Positions 38,565-48,846 of a stretch of DNA of 64,000 nt are shown here, piece by piece. The stretch covers positions 1-64,000 of IMG/VR virus record IMGVR_UViG_3300010885_021377. One strand, 5' to 3'. Position numbers and translations under genes: made by a program. Source of the DNA: a virus. Its lineage: Duplodnaviria; Caudoviricetes. The notes beneath the pieces were generated by a model that was not told where the DNA came from, made no database searches, and saw nothing but the letters and a program-made list of their open reading frames with translations. Numbering within the stretch: position 1 is the stretch's first letter; each line of letters opens with the position of its first letter.

Positions 38565-41126
38565 TCAACTAAAAAGATCCTCTAAAGTACATCTTAATTG
38601 TTCGGTTGGCTTTCTGGGCACCCATTTCATTATATTATAGAATCGTTCTACACACAAATACATATCCTTCTCAAACATTTTATACATATCAGGTTTTAAT
38701 ATAGAATTAAATTCACTAGGATATCTATTTTTAAATCCTATAGCTTCTATTCCGTATTTATTTGGAGTCTCTACGTAGAAATATTTTAATTTATCCCCAC
38801 TGACAATCTTTTCGTATTTTTTATTTAATTGTAATTTATCTAATAACAAATTATAATAGTATGCACATTTTACATGTCCGGGCATTCCTTTGCATGTATG
38901 AAATTCGTCTGATAGTGCTTCATATTTTTCTAAATTTCTAATACCTTTTACTACCGATATTTCGGTTACATCCATATTTAAAAACTTATTATAAGATTCT
39001 TTAAATATCTGATTAGTACTTTCTTCTGATTTTGTTAATATAATGTTTTGAATTATTTTTTTTACATAAGGTTTAACCGCTTTTGGCATTGTAGTGCTTA
39101 CTACTTCGACCCCAGTATATTTCCAAGTATCACATTGCTTTCCTTCTTTGTCTAATACATGCAAGACATATCTTTTCTTTTCGAGGAAGATTCCCGCATC
39201 ACAAATGTTTTCTCTTTTGAATTCAAATCTACAATCATTAGTATTTAAAGTTCTAGCAGCCCATTTTTGGATATGTTCGTTTATATATTTTTGTAGTTTT
39301 TCTACAACTATATAAACTTCATTAGATAGTTTGCCATTTTCGTAAAAATTACTAATCAATTGATCTATTGATACATACATACTATCTGTATCTCCTGCGA
39401 TCAAACCCTTTTCTAGCTGTATAGGATCAGTTATTCCAGTTTCTTGTTTAACAAATCTTTTAAATATTTCTCTAGATTCTTTAATTACTGCCTGTCCGGT
39501 TAAAGTTATAGACTCTGCAATATCCGTATCTGCAATCGAACAATATTCATTCGCACATGCTCCATATACACTATTAATAAAAATTTTTATGGATTGTTGT
39601 TTAGTATCTAGCTGTGTTATTTTTATTTCAGCTTGTTCTTTTTCCTTTTCATTTAATTTTGATATATTAGATTCTATCTTTTTAATTTCTGATCTAATAT
39701 TAACTCTCTTTTTATAATATTGATCTACCAAATCTGCTAGAATTCCTCTCTTCTTCTGGGAAAATAATACTTTAGATCTTGATATTGCTATCTTTTCTTT
39801 TTTAATGTACTTATTAAAGTCCGAAATATTAAAATCGACTATTACTCCATCTACATTTCTAATTGAAACCTTACCATTATTAATTTCTATAATTTTTCCT
39901 ACTTTAGTTTCAGGAGATGCATTTAACGTAATCATCGTATTAGGATACAACGAATTCGCATCAAAACTAACTATTGATGTATGATGCCCCGGAACTGGAT
40001 GGAATACAAACCCACCTTCAAATTCTCTTTGTTCTCCATCTTCTACTACAAATGTACAAAGTCTTTGATTACGTTTCCTAGCTTCTATTCCTGCTGCCCC
40101 TGTTACAACGCCCACAGTGCCCAATGCTGACTCAAATGTAGTACAACCGGTATATGACAGCATTCTTAATAACTGAATGTACTGTAGACGTTTTTCTAGA
40201 TTTACTAACAGTCTAACATCTTGTATGTTATAATCTACAAATGTCTTCCAATCGCTAGACATTAATTCAAACAAGCTTTGGTCTCCGAAATCTACTTTAG
40301 TCTCATCTAATTCTACCTGTCCTATATAATCAAGTTTATAACTTTCTCTGTTTACTGGACAAAATTTCTTGTAAATGTCCATATAATCTACACATGATAT
40401 ACCATCTATTCTATGTACGATCTCCTTTTTCCCAAATTTTCCATTAAATAATTTGGTATATCTTCTTCCGTGTGGTGATATTGTATCAGTTTCGTCTTTG
40501 CCTAAAATTCTTTCTAGTCTATTTATGATATATGGTACATCGTATCTATCACTAGCCCATCCAGATAGAATATCAGGAGGATCAATCTTCATAAAATCTA
40601 AAAATTTCTGTAATAAAATATATTCGGATTTACAATAATAATATATTACATCATCACTATCAGGATTATATGGATGAGTTCCCCATACATGATAAATTTT
40701 TGTGAGAGAATCGAATACTGTAATTACATTAATTTCGTCTGCTGGGTCATGCGGTGAAGAAAATCCATTTTCTCCAACAGCTTCGATATCCACGAAATAT
40801 ATTTTTAACGGAAATTGCGTAAATTCTTCGCTATCATTATAATTCCAGTACATATCAATTAATGATTGCTGTATTGGATTATAATTATCAAATACTCTTT
40901 TGAGTCCTCGTTCTTTTAAGAATTTAGTTCTATCAAAAACATTCCCAAAATGCTTTTTTCTTAAATTTGTATTGAATATACTAACATCTAGACCACCATT
41001 ATCTTCATAATAAAAATATGGAAGACATTCAACGGAAGTTACCATCCGTTTTCCGTCATTATCCCAAGTGTATATATCTACAACTCGTTCTTTATAATTG
41101 TAAATTGCATTACGATATCCTACCAT
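38565..41126 (-). CDS. gp43: Family B DNA polymerase, gp43-like
   Basis: Exonuclease motifs VDIE, YDVPY, YNIQD; polymerase motifs SFDANSLYP, KIFINSVYG, AGDTDS; no intein or split. Confidence 0.97.
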   Translation of the reverse strand: MVGYRNAIYNYKERVVDIYTWDNDGKRMVTSVECLPYFYYEDNGGLDVSIFNTNLRKKHFGNVFDRTKFLKERGLKRVFDNYNPIQQSLIDMYWNYNDSEEFTQFPLKIYFVDIEAVGENGFSSPHDPADEINVITVFDSLTKIYHVWGTHPYNPDSDDVIYYYCKSEYILLQKFLDFMKIDPPDILSGWASDRYDVPYIINRLERILGKDETDTISPHGRRYTKLFNGKFGKKEIVHRIDGISCVDYMDIYKKFCPVNRESYKLDYIGQVELDETKVDFGDQSLFELMSSDWKTFVDYNIQDVRLLVNLEKRLQYIQLLRMLSYTGCTTFESALGTVGVVTGAAGIEARKRNQRLCTFVVEDGEQREFEGGFVFHPVPGHHTSIVSFDANSLYPNTMITLNASPETKVGKIIEINNGKVSIRNVDGVIVDFNISDFNKYIKKEKIAISRSKVLFSQKKRGILADLVDQYYKKRVNIRSEIKKIESNISKLNEKEKEQAEIKITQLDTKQQSIKIFINSVYGACANEYCSIADTDIAESITLTGQAVIKESREIFKRFVKQETGITDPIQLEKGLIAGDTDSMYVSIDQLISNFYENGKLSNEVYIVVEKLQKYINEHIQKWAARTLNTNDCRFEFKRENICDAGIFLEKKRYVLHVLDKEGKQCDTWKYTGVEVVSTTMPKAVKPYVKKIIQNIILTKSEESTNQIFKESYNKFLNMDVTEISVVKGIRNLEKYEALSDEFHTCKGMPGHVKCAYYYNLLLDKLQLNKKYEKIVSGDKLKYFYVETPNKYGIEAIGFKNRYPSEFNSILKPDMYKMFEKDMYLCVERFYNIMKWVPRKPTEQLRCTLEDLFS

Positions 41127-41132
41127 AAGGAT

Positions 41133-41161
41133 ATCATAACACAGATTTATCTACAAATCAA
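41133..41161 (-). promoter_or_regulatory. Sigma70-type promoter of gp43 (TTGATT-17-TATGAT, extended TG); ATG 6 nt downstream
   Basis: Motif read directly from the sequence. Confidence 0.7.
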
Positions 41162-42369
41162 GGATTGTATCGTTTCAGATTGACTCTTTCCTTGGCTCCA
41201 TAAGGAGTTAAAAATAATTCTTGATAACAACCCAAGTTTCTATCCAATTCTAAAAATCTATCTTCTGCAACTCTTCTACGTTTATATGAACTATTCTTAT
41301 AGTGTCCTGCTCTACTAAGTTCATATTCCATCTTATAAAGCATTTCTTCGCCAGATTTGAATTTAATGTCAGCATCTTTATATGTACACATATCCTGACA
41401 TGCTACTGGTAATCCATAGGAACATGCTTCGATATATTTCAAATCACTCTTTGCTCTATTGAAAGAATTATCTTGCAATGGTGCCACCATCATCTGTACC
41501 CCCAAATCATATATTTTTTGTGGATAGTCATACAATCTTTGCCATTGATGAAATTCTATCTCTCCTCTTTCAATATATGGTCTAATAGGCGGTGGGAATG
41601 CACCCAAAAATACCCATTGATATTTATGTCTACTATCAATTATCGCTTTGATGACATGTTCAAAATCATCCTTCTGACCCACTCGATTTTCGACATCAAA
41701 ATGAGCACCACTACCAGCATAAAGGACACGAGGCTTCTTTTTATTCTTATCATATAGATCATTTATTCTATTTGGATTAAAATGGTTTCCTATCCAAAAT
41801 TTAGCAGGAAAATTTGGGATTACCGTGATTTCTTGTTTTCCTGTGCGTAATCTATATAAATCCTTCATATAATCACATGTTACACTAACTTCGTCACATA
41901 GATTTATAATATCTGTTACATTATTTCGGATTTCATCTGACGTAAATGCAGTTTTAAATTTGTTATAATCTGGGATATCTTCTCTGAAGACCACATCATC
42001 CACTTCATAAATAATTTTAAAACCAATTTGCTTTTGAACGTCTTTCAAAAATTTTACAAATTCTAATTGAGCAGAAGTTGCTTGACGTTGCAGACGGATA
42101 GCCTTTACATTTACATACCAACGAGGATCTAATACCATTACCGTGGTATCAGTTACCATCATATGTCCTTGATAATTCAATAAATGACTTGCCCATCCTA
42201 GACGGTATAGCCCACATCCACTAAGATCTGCCCCGAATTGTATAACCCTTGGGAGGTGTGTTTCTGATGGTGATTCTATCTTTGGTGCTTCTTCTTGCTT
42301 TTTTGCCGTAGGCGGTAACAGCGGAGAAAATTGCTGAAATGGTCTAGTTGGAGTAAATGGTGTTATCAT
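41158..42369 (-). CDS. GT-B fold glycosyltransferase (GT4-like)
   Basis: GCGLYRL, IIYEVDD, ITVIPN, APLQDNSFNRAKSDLKYIEACSYGLPV (ExxxxG-P-V nucleotide-sugar motif). Confidence 0.8.
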   Translation of the reverse strand: MITPFTPTRPFQQFSPLLPPTAKKQEEAPKIESPSETHLPRVIQFGADLSGCGLYRLGWASHLLNYQGHMMVTDTTVMVLDPRWYVNVKAIRLQRQATSAQLEFVKFLKDVQKQIGFKIIYEVDDVVFREDIPDYNKFKTAFTSDEIRNNVTDIINLCDEVSVTCDYMKDLYRLRTGKQEITVIPNFPAKFWIGNHFNPNRINDLYDKNKKKPRVLYAGSGAHFDVENRVGQKDDFEHVIKAIIDSRHKYQWVFLGAFPPPIRPYIERGEIEFHQWQRLYDYPQKIYDLGVQMMVAPLQDNSFNRAKSDLKYIEACSYGLPVACQDMCTYKDADIKFKSGEEMLYKMEYELSRAGHYKNSSYKRRRVAEDRFLELDRNLGCYQELFLTPYGAKERVNLKRYNP

Positions 42370-42400
42370 TTACTATCATTTATTTTATTTCTATAAAATG

Positions 42401-44209
42401 TCAAGCAAATGGATTGTAGTCTATTTTAGTAGTAATTCCATCCTTTTTTTCTAGAAAAATCACATCTCCAGATGCTGCATTTATACTATCTTTTCTGTGT
42501 GAAATTACTAATACACATTCATCGTATTTATCGACTCTTTCTTTTATAACTTTCGTAACCAATTCCACACCCTTTTGATCCAAACAACTATCAAATAGTT
42601 CATCGTAAATACTAATATTGTATGTTACATTCCCTTGTATTCTCCTCATATCCATGAATGTGAATAAACAGGAAAAATCAATACTTTTTCGTTCTGCTCC
42701 GGAAAAGTTGAAATATGAACATAACTTATTCTTTTCGTTGATAATTTCTTCTTCAAAATATTCATTGAAATTACACACGCAATTAGCATCTAACAAAGAA
42801 AGATAATAACGAATCCTTTCGTTAAACATTAATAATATCTTTTTTACAATATATGATTTAACCCCTTCTTCGGATACTATGAATTTAATAGTATCCATTA
42901 AATTAAGATTAAATCTACATTTATTAACATTCGTCCTCAATTCTTCTAAAATAATAATCTGTTTTTCTATATAAGGATCAGATTCTGTAGTGTTAGAACG
43001 CAATTCTTGTATATCCTCCTCCAATTGTTTAAGCCAACTCTCTAGTTGAGTTATTCTATCCTTAATATTTTTTCGATTCTGCTCGTCCAAAGCCAAATCA
43101 TTAACTTTTTTAGAAAATTTTTCTATAGCCAAATCTAAATTTTTTTTATTTTTTCTTCCATCCTCTATTTTAGTTACAATTTCTTTTAGGTTAATTTTTT
43201 CGTTATTAATATTAGTTTTTAATGTATCTATTTCATTTTTAATCGTAGTTTTATCATGCTCTAAAATAGAACGCAAACATACTGGACATGTATCTTCTGG
43301 GGTTCCAATTTTACTTAACCTATTCTCTTGGTGAGTTATTTCAGATGCTAATTTGAACTTGTCTTCGTTTAATTTGAGTATATATTTTTCTTTATTGTCT
43401 CGTTCTCTTTTTAAACTTTTAATATTATTTTTTAATTCTTCGATATTCAGGATAATAACATCACCCAGTTCTTTCAGAAGAATATTCTTCTCTTTTATAT
43501 TATTGTCTTTTCTCTGTTCGTATGTCGAAATTTTGTTCTTTTTATTGGATATAATAGTTTCTCTTTGTAGATTTAAATTTCTTAGAGTTTTATCTCCATC
43601 TTCCATCTTAGTAAGTTCGATTTCGTATTCTCTCTTATATTCTGTAGTATCTTCTTTTAGTTTATAAACCATCTTACTGAATACATCTAAATCGAAAATG
43701 TTTTCTATAAATTTTTTCTTATCAGCATTAGATTTAGCCATAAACGGAATTGTGTTATTAAGAGTCATAATAACACAATTCTCAAATATACTTGGAGTGG
43801 CATGCAGAATCTCATGTATCTGAGATTCAGTATTTTTGATGGAATCTCTGGTTATGTCATTCCCATTCTGATAAAAATGTAATTTAGAAGGATTTAATGT
43901 TCTATGAATTTTATATGTATCCGTAATATTATTAGAAGATACTTCGAAGTCCAGTATTACTTCACATACTCCATTTGTAAATGTATTTGGTATCAAATCC
44001 TTTTTAAGATCTCTAATCGTTGTTCCAAATATTGAAAAATACAAAGATTCCATCATTGCCGATTTTCCTAACCCATTTTGTCTATCTGACTTATCTCTAT
44101 TGATCCCTGTTATAATATGTAATCCCGGTTTGAATTCTAAAACAACTGGAATTTCCCCAAATGATAGGAAATTTTTTATGCTTATTTTTTTAAAATTTAT
44201 TTTTTTCAT
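42401..44209 (-). CDS. gp46: SbcC/Rad50-like recombination ATPase, gp46
   Basis: IKNFLSFG, NGLGKS, coiled coil with CPVC hook, FSGAERK signature, IYDELFDS, VISH. Confidence 0.95.
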   Translation of the reverse strand: MKKINFKKISIKNFLSFGEIPVVLEFKPGLHIITGINRDKSDRQNGLGKSAMMESLYFSIFGTTIRDLKKDLIPNTFTNGVCEVILDFEVSSNNITDTYKIHRTLNPSKLHFYQNGNDITRDSIKNTESQIHEILHATPSIFENCVIMTLNNTIPFMAKSNADKKKFIENIFDLDVFSKMVYKLKEDTTEYKREYEIELTKMEDGDKTLRNLNLQRETIISNKKNKISTYEQRKDNNIKEKNILLKELGDVIILNIEELKNNIKSLKRERDNKEKYILKLNEDKFKLASEITHQENRLSKIGTPEDTCPVCLRSILEHDKTTIKNEIDTLKTNINNEKINLKEIVTKIEDGRKNKKNLDLAIEKFSKKVNDLALDEQNRKNIKDRITQLESWLKQLEEDIQELRSNTTESDPYIEKQIIILEELRTNVNKCRFNLNLMDTIKFIVSEEGVKSYIVKKILLMFNERIRYYLSLLDANCVCNFNEYFEEEIINEKNKLCSYFNFSGAERKSIDFSCLFTFMDMRRIQGNVTYNISIYDELFDSCLDQKGVELVTKVIKERVDKYDECVLVISHRKDSINAASGDVIFLEKKDGITTKIDYNPFA

Positions 44210-45258
44210 TTTGAACTCCTTTGATATAATTCTATTGTATAATCGATCAAATCCTTTTTATTATTCGCATCCATCAACTCTATAAACTCTATGATTGCTT
44301 GTTGAATATTGATACCCGAAAAATCCTTACGTTGTTCCTCTAAATCATACTCCGAAAAATTAGATTGGTATTCAATATTGAATACCGAAGGATTCAAACT
44401 TTTATATATATCCAATATGAATTCTATATCTTCGTGTGTAGTTCTTCGATCTACTTTAAGTTTTATCAAATTATTTAAAAATATATCTTTGATATTTTTT
44501 GTTATCGTTTTTTCCGCCATTAAATCTGATAACAATAAATTGTAATGCTTTGGTGACGTTACGTTTTCCGTAAAAACCATTTCCCCGGTTATTACATTTA
44601 ATATATAATAGCCTTTAGAGGTTCCTGCATCATTAAAATCCATCTGGAATGGATTCCCTACATAAATGATTTTGCCACCATTGGTATAATTTCTCTCATC
44701 TCTTAAATGAAAATGTCCTGAAATAATAAGAGGTGATTTTTCTACAAAGCATTCATCTTCTATGCCATCATGGCATATGGCAAAAGTATTCATTTTGTAA
44801 TAATTAATTTCAAAATGACCAAAAGTTATATCTGATTTTGGAATTTCTTGGTATTTTATTCCCCACGGAACAAAATTAATTTTTTTGTCAAAAGATTCTG
44901 TCGTTAGTAGCTTGTCTACTATCTTAATATTGGGCCAATTTGTATACGGAGATATAGAATTGACTTCTGAACTATCCTTCAGGAAACAATCATGGTTTCC
45001 TACTAACATAGTAACATTAAATTCCTTGAATAGTTCTAATACTTTAGTTCCAAAATGTAGTGTATCTACGGACACTTCATCTCTAGTATGAAAGTAATCA
45101 CCACAAAACACTACATCTTTAATACCTTTAGATTTTATATCTTTTACGAACCATTTTGCCCATTCCCATGTAACATCATGCCAAAACTTAGAGTTTTTCT
45201 GTAGACCTATATGTATATCCGAAAATATAGCTACTTTGGGATTTTTAAAATACGACAT
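44206..45258 (-). CDS. gp47: SbcD/Mre11-like nuclease, gp47
   Basis: SDIHIG, CGDYF, VGNHD, GHFE, ISGHFH, YVGNP; start reassigned to ATG 45258, 6 nt after a TATGAT -10 box. Confidence 0.95.
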   Translation of the reverse strand: MSYFKNPKVAIFSDIHIGLQKNSKFWHDVTWEWAKWFVKDIKSKGIKDVVFCGDYFHTRDEVSVDTLHFGTKVLELFKEFNVTMLVGNHDCFLKDSSEVNSISPYTNWPNIKIVDKLLTTESFDKKINFVPWGIKYQEIPKSDITFGHFEINYYKMNTFAICHDGIEDECFVEKSPLIISGHFHLRDERNYTNGGKIIYVGNPFQMDFNDAGTSKGYYILNVITGEMVFTENVTSPKHYNLLLSDLMAEKTITKNIKDIFLNNLIKLKVDRRTTHEDIEFILDIYKSLNPSVFNIEYQSNFSEYDLEEQRKDFSGINIQQAIIEFIELMDANNKKDLIDYTIELYQRSSK

Positions 45259-45288
45259 CTCTGTATCATACACTAATTTTCAAAAAGA

Positions 45289-45747
45289 TCAATCACTAAA
45301 TGAGTCATCTTCAGTAGAATCTAAAATAGGTTTCACATAAATATGTCCTTCCGATTGTGACATTTCTTCTTCATATTTTCTCTGGCGATATTCAGTAAGA
45401 GTATCGTGATGCTTTTTTTCTTTCTTTATTCTATTAATAAATGCATGAAATGCTATAGTAGTAAAATAACCGAAAGGTGATGTATTATTAGAAACATCAA
45501 ACTTTTTTCTTTTTAATGCGCTGAACATTTTTATTAACGCATCTCCTATCATATCTTCTTTGTATGAATAGTTTATAAATTTTCCATTATAGCCTAATCC
45601 TTCTGCTATTTTATTTAAACAATCCCCTAAAAAATCCGTACAAAAACCGGTTTGGTAATATGTCGTTATTTCTTCTTTGAATAATATAGGATCTACATAA
45701 TATGCATCTTTTTTCTTTTTGGGCTTCTCTGTTATTTCATTTATCAT
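45289..45747 (-). CDS. gp55: Late-transcription sigma factor, gp55
   Basis: YYVD..LFKEEI, KIAEGLG...KFINYSYKEDMIGDA, SPFGYFTTIAFHAFINRIKKEKK. Confidence 0.9.
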   Translation of the reverse strand: MINEITEKPKKKKDAYYVDPILFKEEITTYYQTGFCTDFLGDCLNKIAEGLGYNGKFINYSYKEDMIGDALIKMFSALKRKKFDVSNNTSPFGYFTTIAFHAFINRIKKEKKHHDTLTEYRQRKYEEEMSQSEGHIYVKPILDSTEDDSFSD

Positions 45748-45782
45748 TTCATGTATTATACATTAATAATAATGATAATCAA

Positions 45783-47219
45783 CTACTTTTCCTCTATTAA
45801 ATGCTGACTATATGCAATATGTTCTTTATTGTATATTTCTTTACGTTTTTGCGCATGTTCTTTACCATAATTTAACATATCACAAATATCAATAATGGTA
45901 AGAGTTTCTTTATTATCGTTTAATCTTAGACCTCTTCCGATACTCTGTACAGTTCTTATAAAGCTTTTCCCTCCAGCGGCAAATATTATCATATGAATAT
46001 TTTTAATATTAACTCCTGTAGAAAATATAGCACTGACTGCTATACAGATTACATTATTAAAACTTTCCATTATACCTTTTACTCGATCTCGTTCTTCTAC
46101 CTCTACCTCTCCTCTAATGAAAAAAATTTGTTTCCCTGTCAAATTATTAACAAGTAGATCATATAAATGCTGTCCATGATTAATATTATTGATCAATATT
46201 AATATATTATTTTTAAAATTGTTACATGTTGTCTGTATGATCTTGTTTCGAAATATATTGTTTGATATAAATACCAATTCGTTGTGGTAATCATCCGTAG
46301 TGTTCCCGGTATTTATTATAGGTTTAGGAACATCTTTATATAATAAATTAAACATTCTGACATGAACCGTAGATAAAAACTTCTCTTCTCTTAATTCATA
46401 CGAGCTTTTTATTATTAATACTTCCCCTAGTTTTCCTATAACATTCCATTTGTCTATATTATCTTCTGGAAGAGTACCAGTAAACCCGAATTTATTTGGG
46501 GTTTTAATTTTATCTAATAGTTTTGAGGATTTATTACTCTTACCCATTTTATGGGCTTCATCTACTATTAATATATCTATATCTTGGATCCATTTATTTT
46601 GGTCTAATTTACTTCTTAATATATCTATATTTGCTATAATAACATTACATGCTAAATTCGGTTTTATACTACCTGTCCATCTAGTATGTGTAAAACTTAC
46701 ATTATACGACTCGAAATCCGTATTAGTTTGATTTACCAAGCTTAAATCTGGTACTATAATAAGACATTTGAAATTTTTAATATCTTTAGCATGCAAATAA
46801 AAATTCTCTATTAAAGTTGCTATGATCAAAGTTTTTCCCGCTCCAGTACCCAATAATGCAACACCCCTTCCTTGTATCATGCATTTTTTAACTGTTTCTT
46901 CTTGATAATCTCTTAAATCTAATGATAGTCTTTTTATTAAAGGTTTATCTAAAGATGGATTACTTACTTTTACAAAAGTTTCAGAATATTCAAAATTTAT
47001 ATTATATTTTTTAGTTTCTATGAAATTTTTAATTTCTCCAAATAGACCTATATCAAATATTCCGTTCGGTGCTATAGCATAAAGTCTTTTTGGAATATAA
47101 AATGAACGATTAAATTTAGCTGCTGGATTTTCGATAGAAAAATGTTCTCGAATTTCTGAAAATCTATCTCCAGAAATTATAGCCTTACCTCGTTTTTCAT
47201 CATAATCCAAATTTATCAT
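45783..47219 (-). CDS. uvsW: SF2 helicase UvsW
   Basis: LRDYQ, GTGAGKT, IVDEAH, GFTGT, FSTGVNI, QSIGRGLR. Confidence 0.93.
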   Translation of the reverse strand: MINLDYDEKRGKAIISGDRFSEIREHFSIENPAAKFNRSFYIPKRLYAIAPNGIFDIGLFGEIKNFIETKKYNINFEYSETFVKVSNPSLDKPLIKRLSLDLRDYQEETVKKCMIQGRGVALLGTGAGKTLIIATLIENFYLHAKDIKNFKCLIIVPDLSLVNQTNTDFESYNVSFTHTRWTGSIKPNLACNVIIANIDILRSKLDQNKWIQDIDILIVDEAHKMGKSNKSSKLLDKIKTPNKFGFTGTLPEDNIDKWNVIGKLGEVLIIKSSYELREEKFLSTVHVRMFNLLYKDVPKPIINTGNTTDDYHNELVFISNNIFRNKIIQTTCNNFKNNILILINNINHGQHLYDLLVNNLTGKQIFFIRGEVEVEERDRVKGIMESFNNVICIAVSAIFSTGVNIKNIHMIIFAAGGKSFIRTVQSIGRGLRLNDNKETLTIIDICDMLNYGKEHAQKRKEIYNKEHIAYSQHLIEEK

Positions 47220-47614
47220 TATAATTGCTCTAACTTAGTGGTTTCTATCGCATTCTTTACATCTTCTGTAAAGGAAGCAAAAACCCACTTAGAATCTTCT
47301 AAATATTTAACTAAATGTTCGTGTTCTGTTATTTTTTTATCCAAATCTACCATTTCTGGCATTTCCTCTAACATTTTTTCCAAATTAACTTTTGATAACT
47401 TTACCGGAGAAGCTGCCTCGGCCTTTTCTAATAAAGCTTTTATTATTTTGACTTTTTTATTCTTTAATTCTGATATTTCTATGCGATGATCGTTTAATCT
47501 TGCTATCCAGAAATGTTTTTTGGATGGCACTAACATAGCAGTTTCTTTTAAATTAAAAGAATCAAATTTTAAATCATCTGAAATTTCCTTTTTATATCTA
47601 TTATAAAGATCCAT
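47219..47614 (-). CDS. uvsY: Recombination mediator UvsY-like
   Basis: Follows the UvsY size and pattern (DLKFDSFNLKETAMLVPSKKHFW...SFTEDVKNAIETTKLE); adjacent to uvsW; start reassigned to ATG 47614 behind TTGAAT-17-TATAAT. Confidence 0.7.
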   Translation of the reverse strand: MDLYNRYKKEISDDLKFDSFNLKETAMLVPSKKHFWIARLNDHRIEISELKNKKVKIIKALLEKAEAASPVKLSKVNLEKMLEEMPEMVDLDKKITEHEHLVKYLEDSKWVFASFTEDVKNAIETTKLEQL

Positions 47615-47652
47615 AATACTGTATATTATATCACATTTAATTAAATAATTCA

Positions 47653-47886
47653 ATGAGCAAATTTGATATTTTATATACCCAAATAATGGAACAAATGGTT
47701 GCTGGAGGTTCCGGTAGTGCATTAGGAAACCCAGCTTCCGGTCAAATTGGTAGTCATGGTAACCAAATAGGAAATACGGATTTTTGGAACCCCGGTTCTA
47801 ACGTAATTGCTCATCCGGTTTTTGGTAAAATTCAAAAAAGAAATTTAAATAGTAATAAATCTTCTGGTAAAAACAAAAAGAAGTAA
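47653..47886 (+). CDS. Small late protein, capsid-targeting-like N-terminus
   Basis: MSKFDILYTQIMEQ; TAAATA-N5-ATG. Confidence 0.55.
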   Translation: MSKFDILYTQIMEQMVAGGSGSALGNPASGQIGSHGNQIGNTDFWNPGSNVIAHPVFGKIQKRNLNSNKSSGKNKKK

Positions 47887-47897
47887 TAATTAGTATA

Positions 47898-48296
47898 ATG
47901 GATTTAGGACATTGGGTTACTTCGTTATCAACAATACCAGAAAATCCTTATGGATTTATATATATTATAACTAATACTATTACAGATAGAAAATATATAG
48001 GCAAAAAACAAATGATATCTAATATCAGACGGAAACCCTTAAAGGGGAAAACAAGAGTTAGACGTTGCACCAAAGAATCCAAGTGGAAGACTTACACAAG
48101 TAGTTCTAAAGAATTAAATGAAGATATTATAAAATATGGAATAAATCAATTTAATTTTGAAATATTAAGATTTTGTCATAATAAAAGTCAAATGGCTTAT
48201 TTTGAAGCAAAAGAACAATTTGACAGAGAAGTTCTTCTGAAAAACGATTTTTATAATGGAATAATTAATCTTCGTCTAGGAAAAGTTAAATTTTAG
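47898..48296 (+). CDS. GIY-YIG family endonuclease (catalytic domain only)
   Basis: GFIYIITN...KYIGKK, FEILRFC, YFEAKEQ, FYNG. Confidence 0.85.
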   Translation: MDLGHWVTSLSTIPENPYGFIYIITNTITDRKYIGKKQMISNIRRKPLKGKTRVRRCTKESKWKTYTSSSKELNEDIIKYGINQFNFEILRFCHNKSQMAYFEAKEQFDREVLLKNDFYNGIINLRLGKVKF

Positions 48297-48329
48297 TTGA
48301 CTTTAAAATAACTCATGGTATAATAAACC

Positions 48330-48842
48330 ATGATCCTAAACAAGGAATTCAAAGAATATAATATAAATCTTATATTTTTAAATTCTGTATTATCTGAAAA
48401 TATAGAATTAGATATTTCAAATTTTCTATATGAAAATAATTTAAATCTAACACTAAAATCCAGAGATTTGAATAATTTATTCAAGCATTTTATTATTGAT
48501 AATATAATAAAACAAATAAAACCCGAATTAGACAATATATTTATTATAAACTTTAATTATAATTTAAAATATTTGCAACTTTCCTTCGACGAAGAAGATT
48601 GTAAAACAATTATAAACAAAATTTTAAAAAAGTCAATAAAAATATTTAGTTTTAATATTTTCGAGTCTGAAAATACAGAAACTTCTGACTTACATTTTAT
48701 TTTAAAACTTAAAAAATGTATACAAAACAAGAGTATAACCAATTTTAAAAAGATTAGACAGTATACGGAGGATAATAAATTAACGCAATTATCTTCAAAA
48801 CTTAAATTTAATATAAAAACTAAATTATTATTAAATAAATAA
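48330..48842 (+). CDS. Hypothetical protein
   Basis: 170 aa, own sigma70-type promoter TTGACT-16-TATAAT (48297-48324), ATG 5 nt downstream. Confidence 0.55.
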   Translation: MILNKEFKEYNINLIFLNSVLSENIELDISNFLYENNLNLTLKSRDLNNLFKHFIIDNIIKQIKPELDNIFIINFNYNLKYLQLSFDEEDCKTIINKILKKSIKIFSFNIFESENTETSDLHFILKLKKCIQNKSITNFKKIRQYTEDNKLTQLSSKLKFNIKTKLLLNK

Positions 48843-48846
48843 ATAT

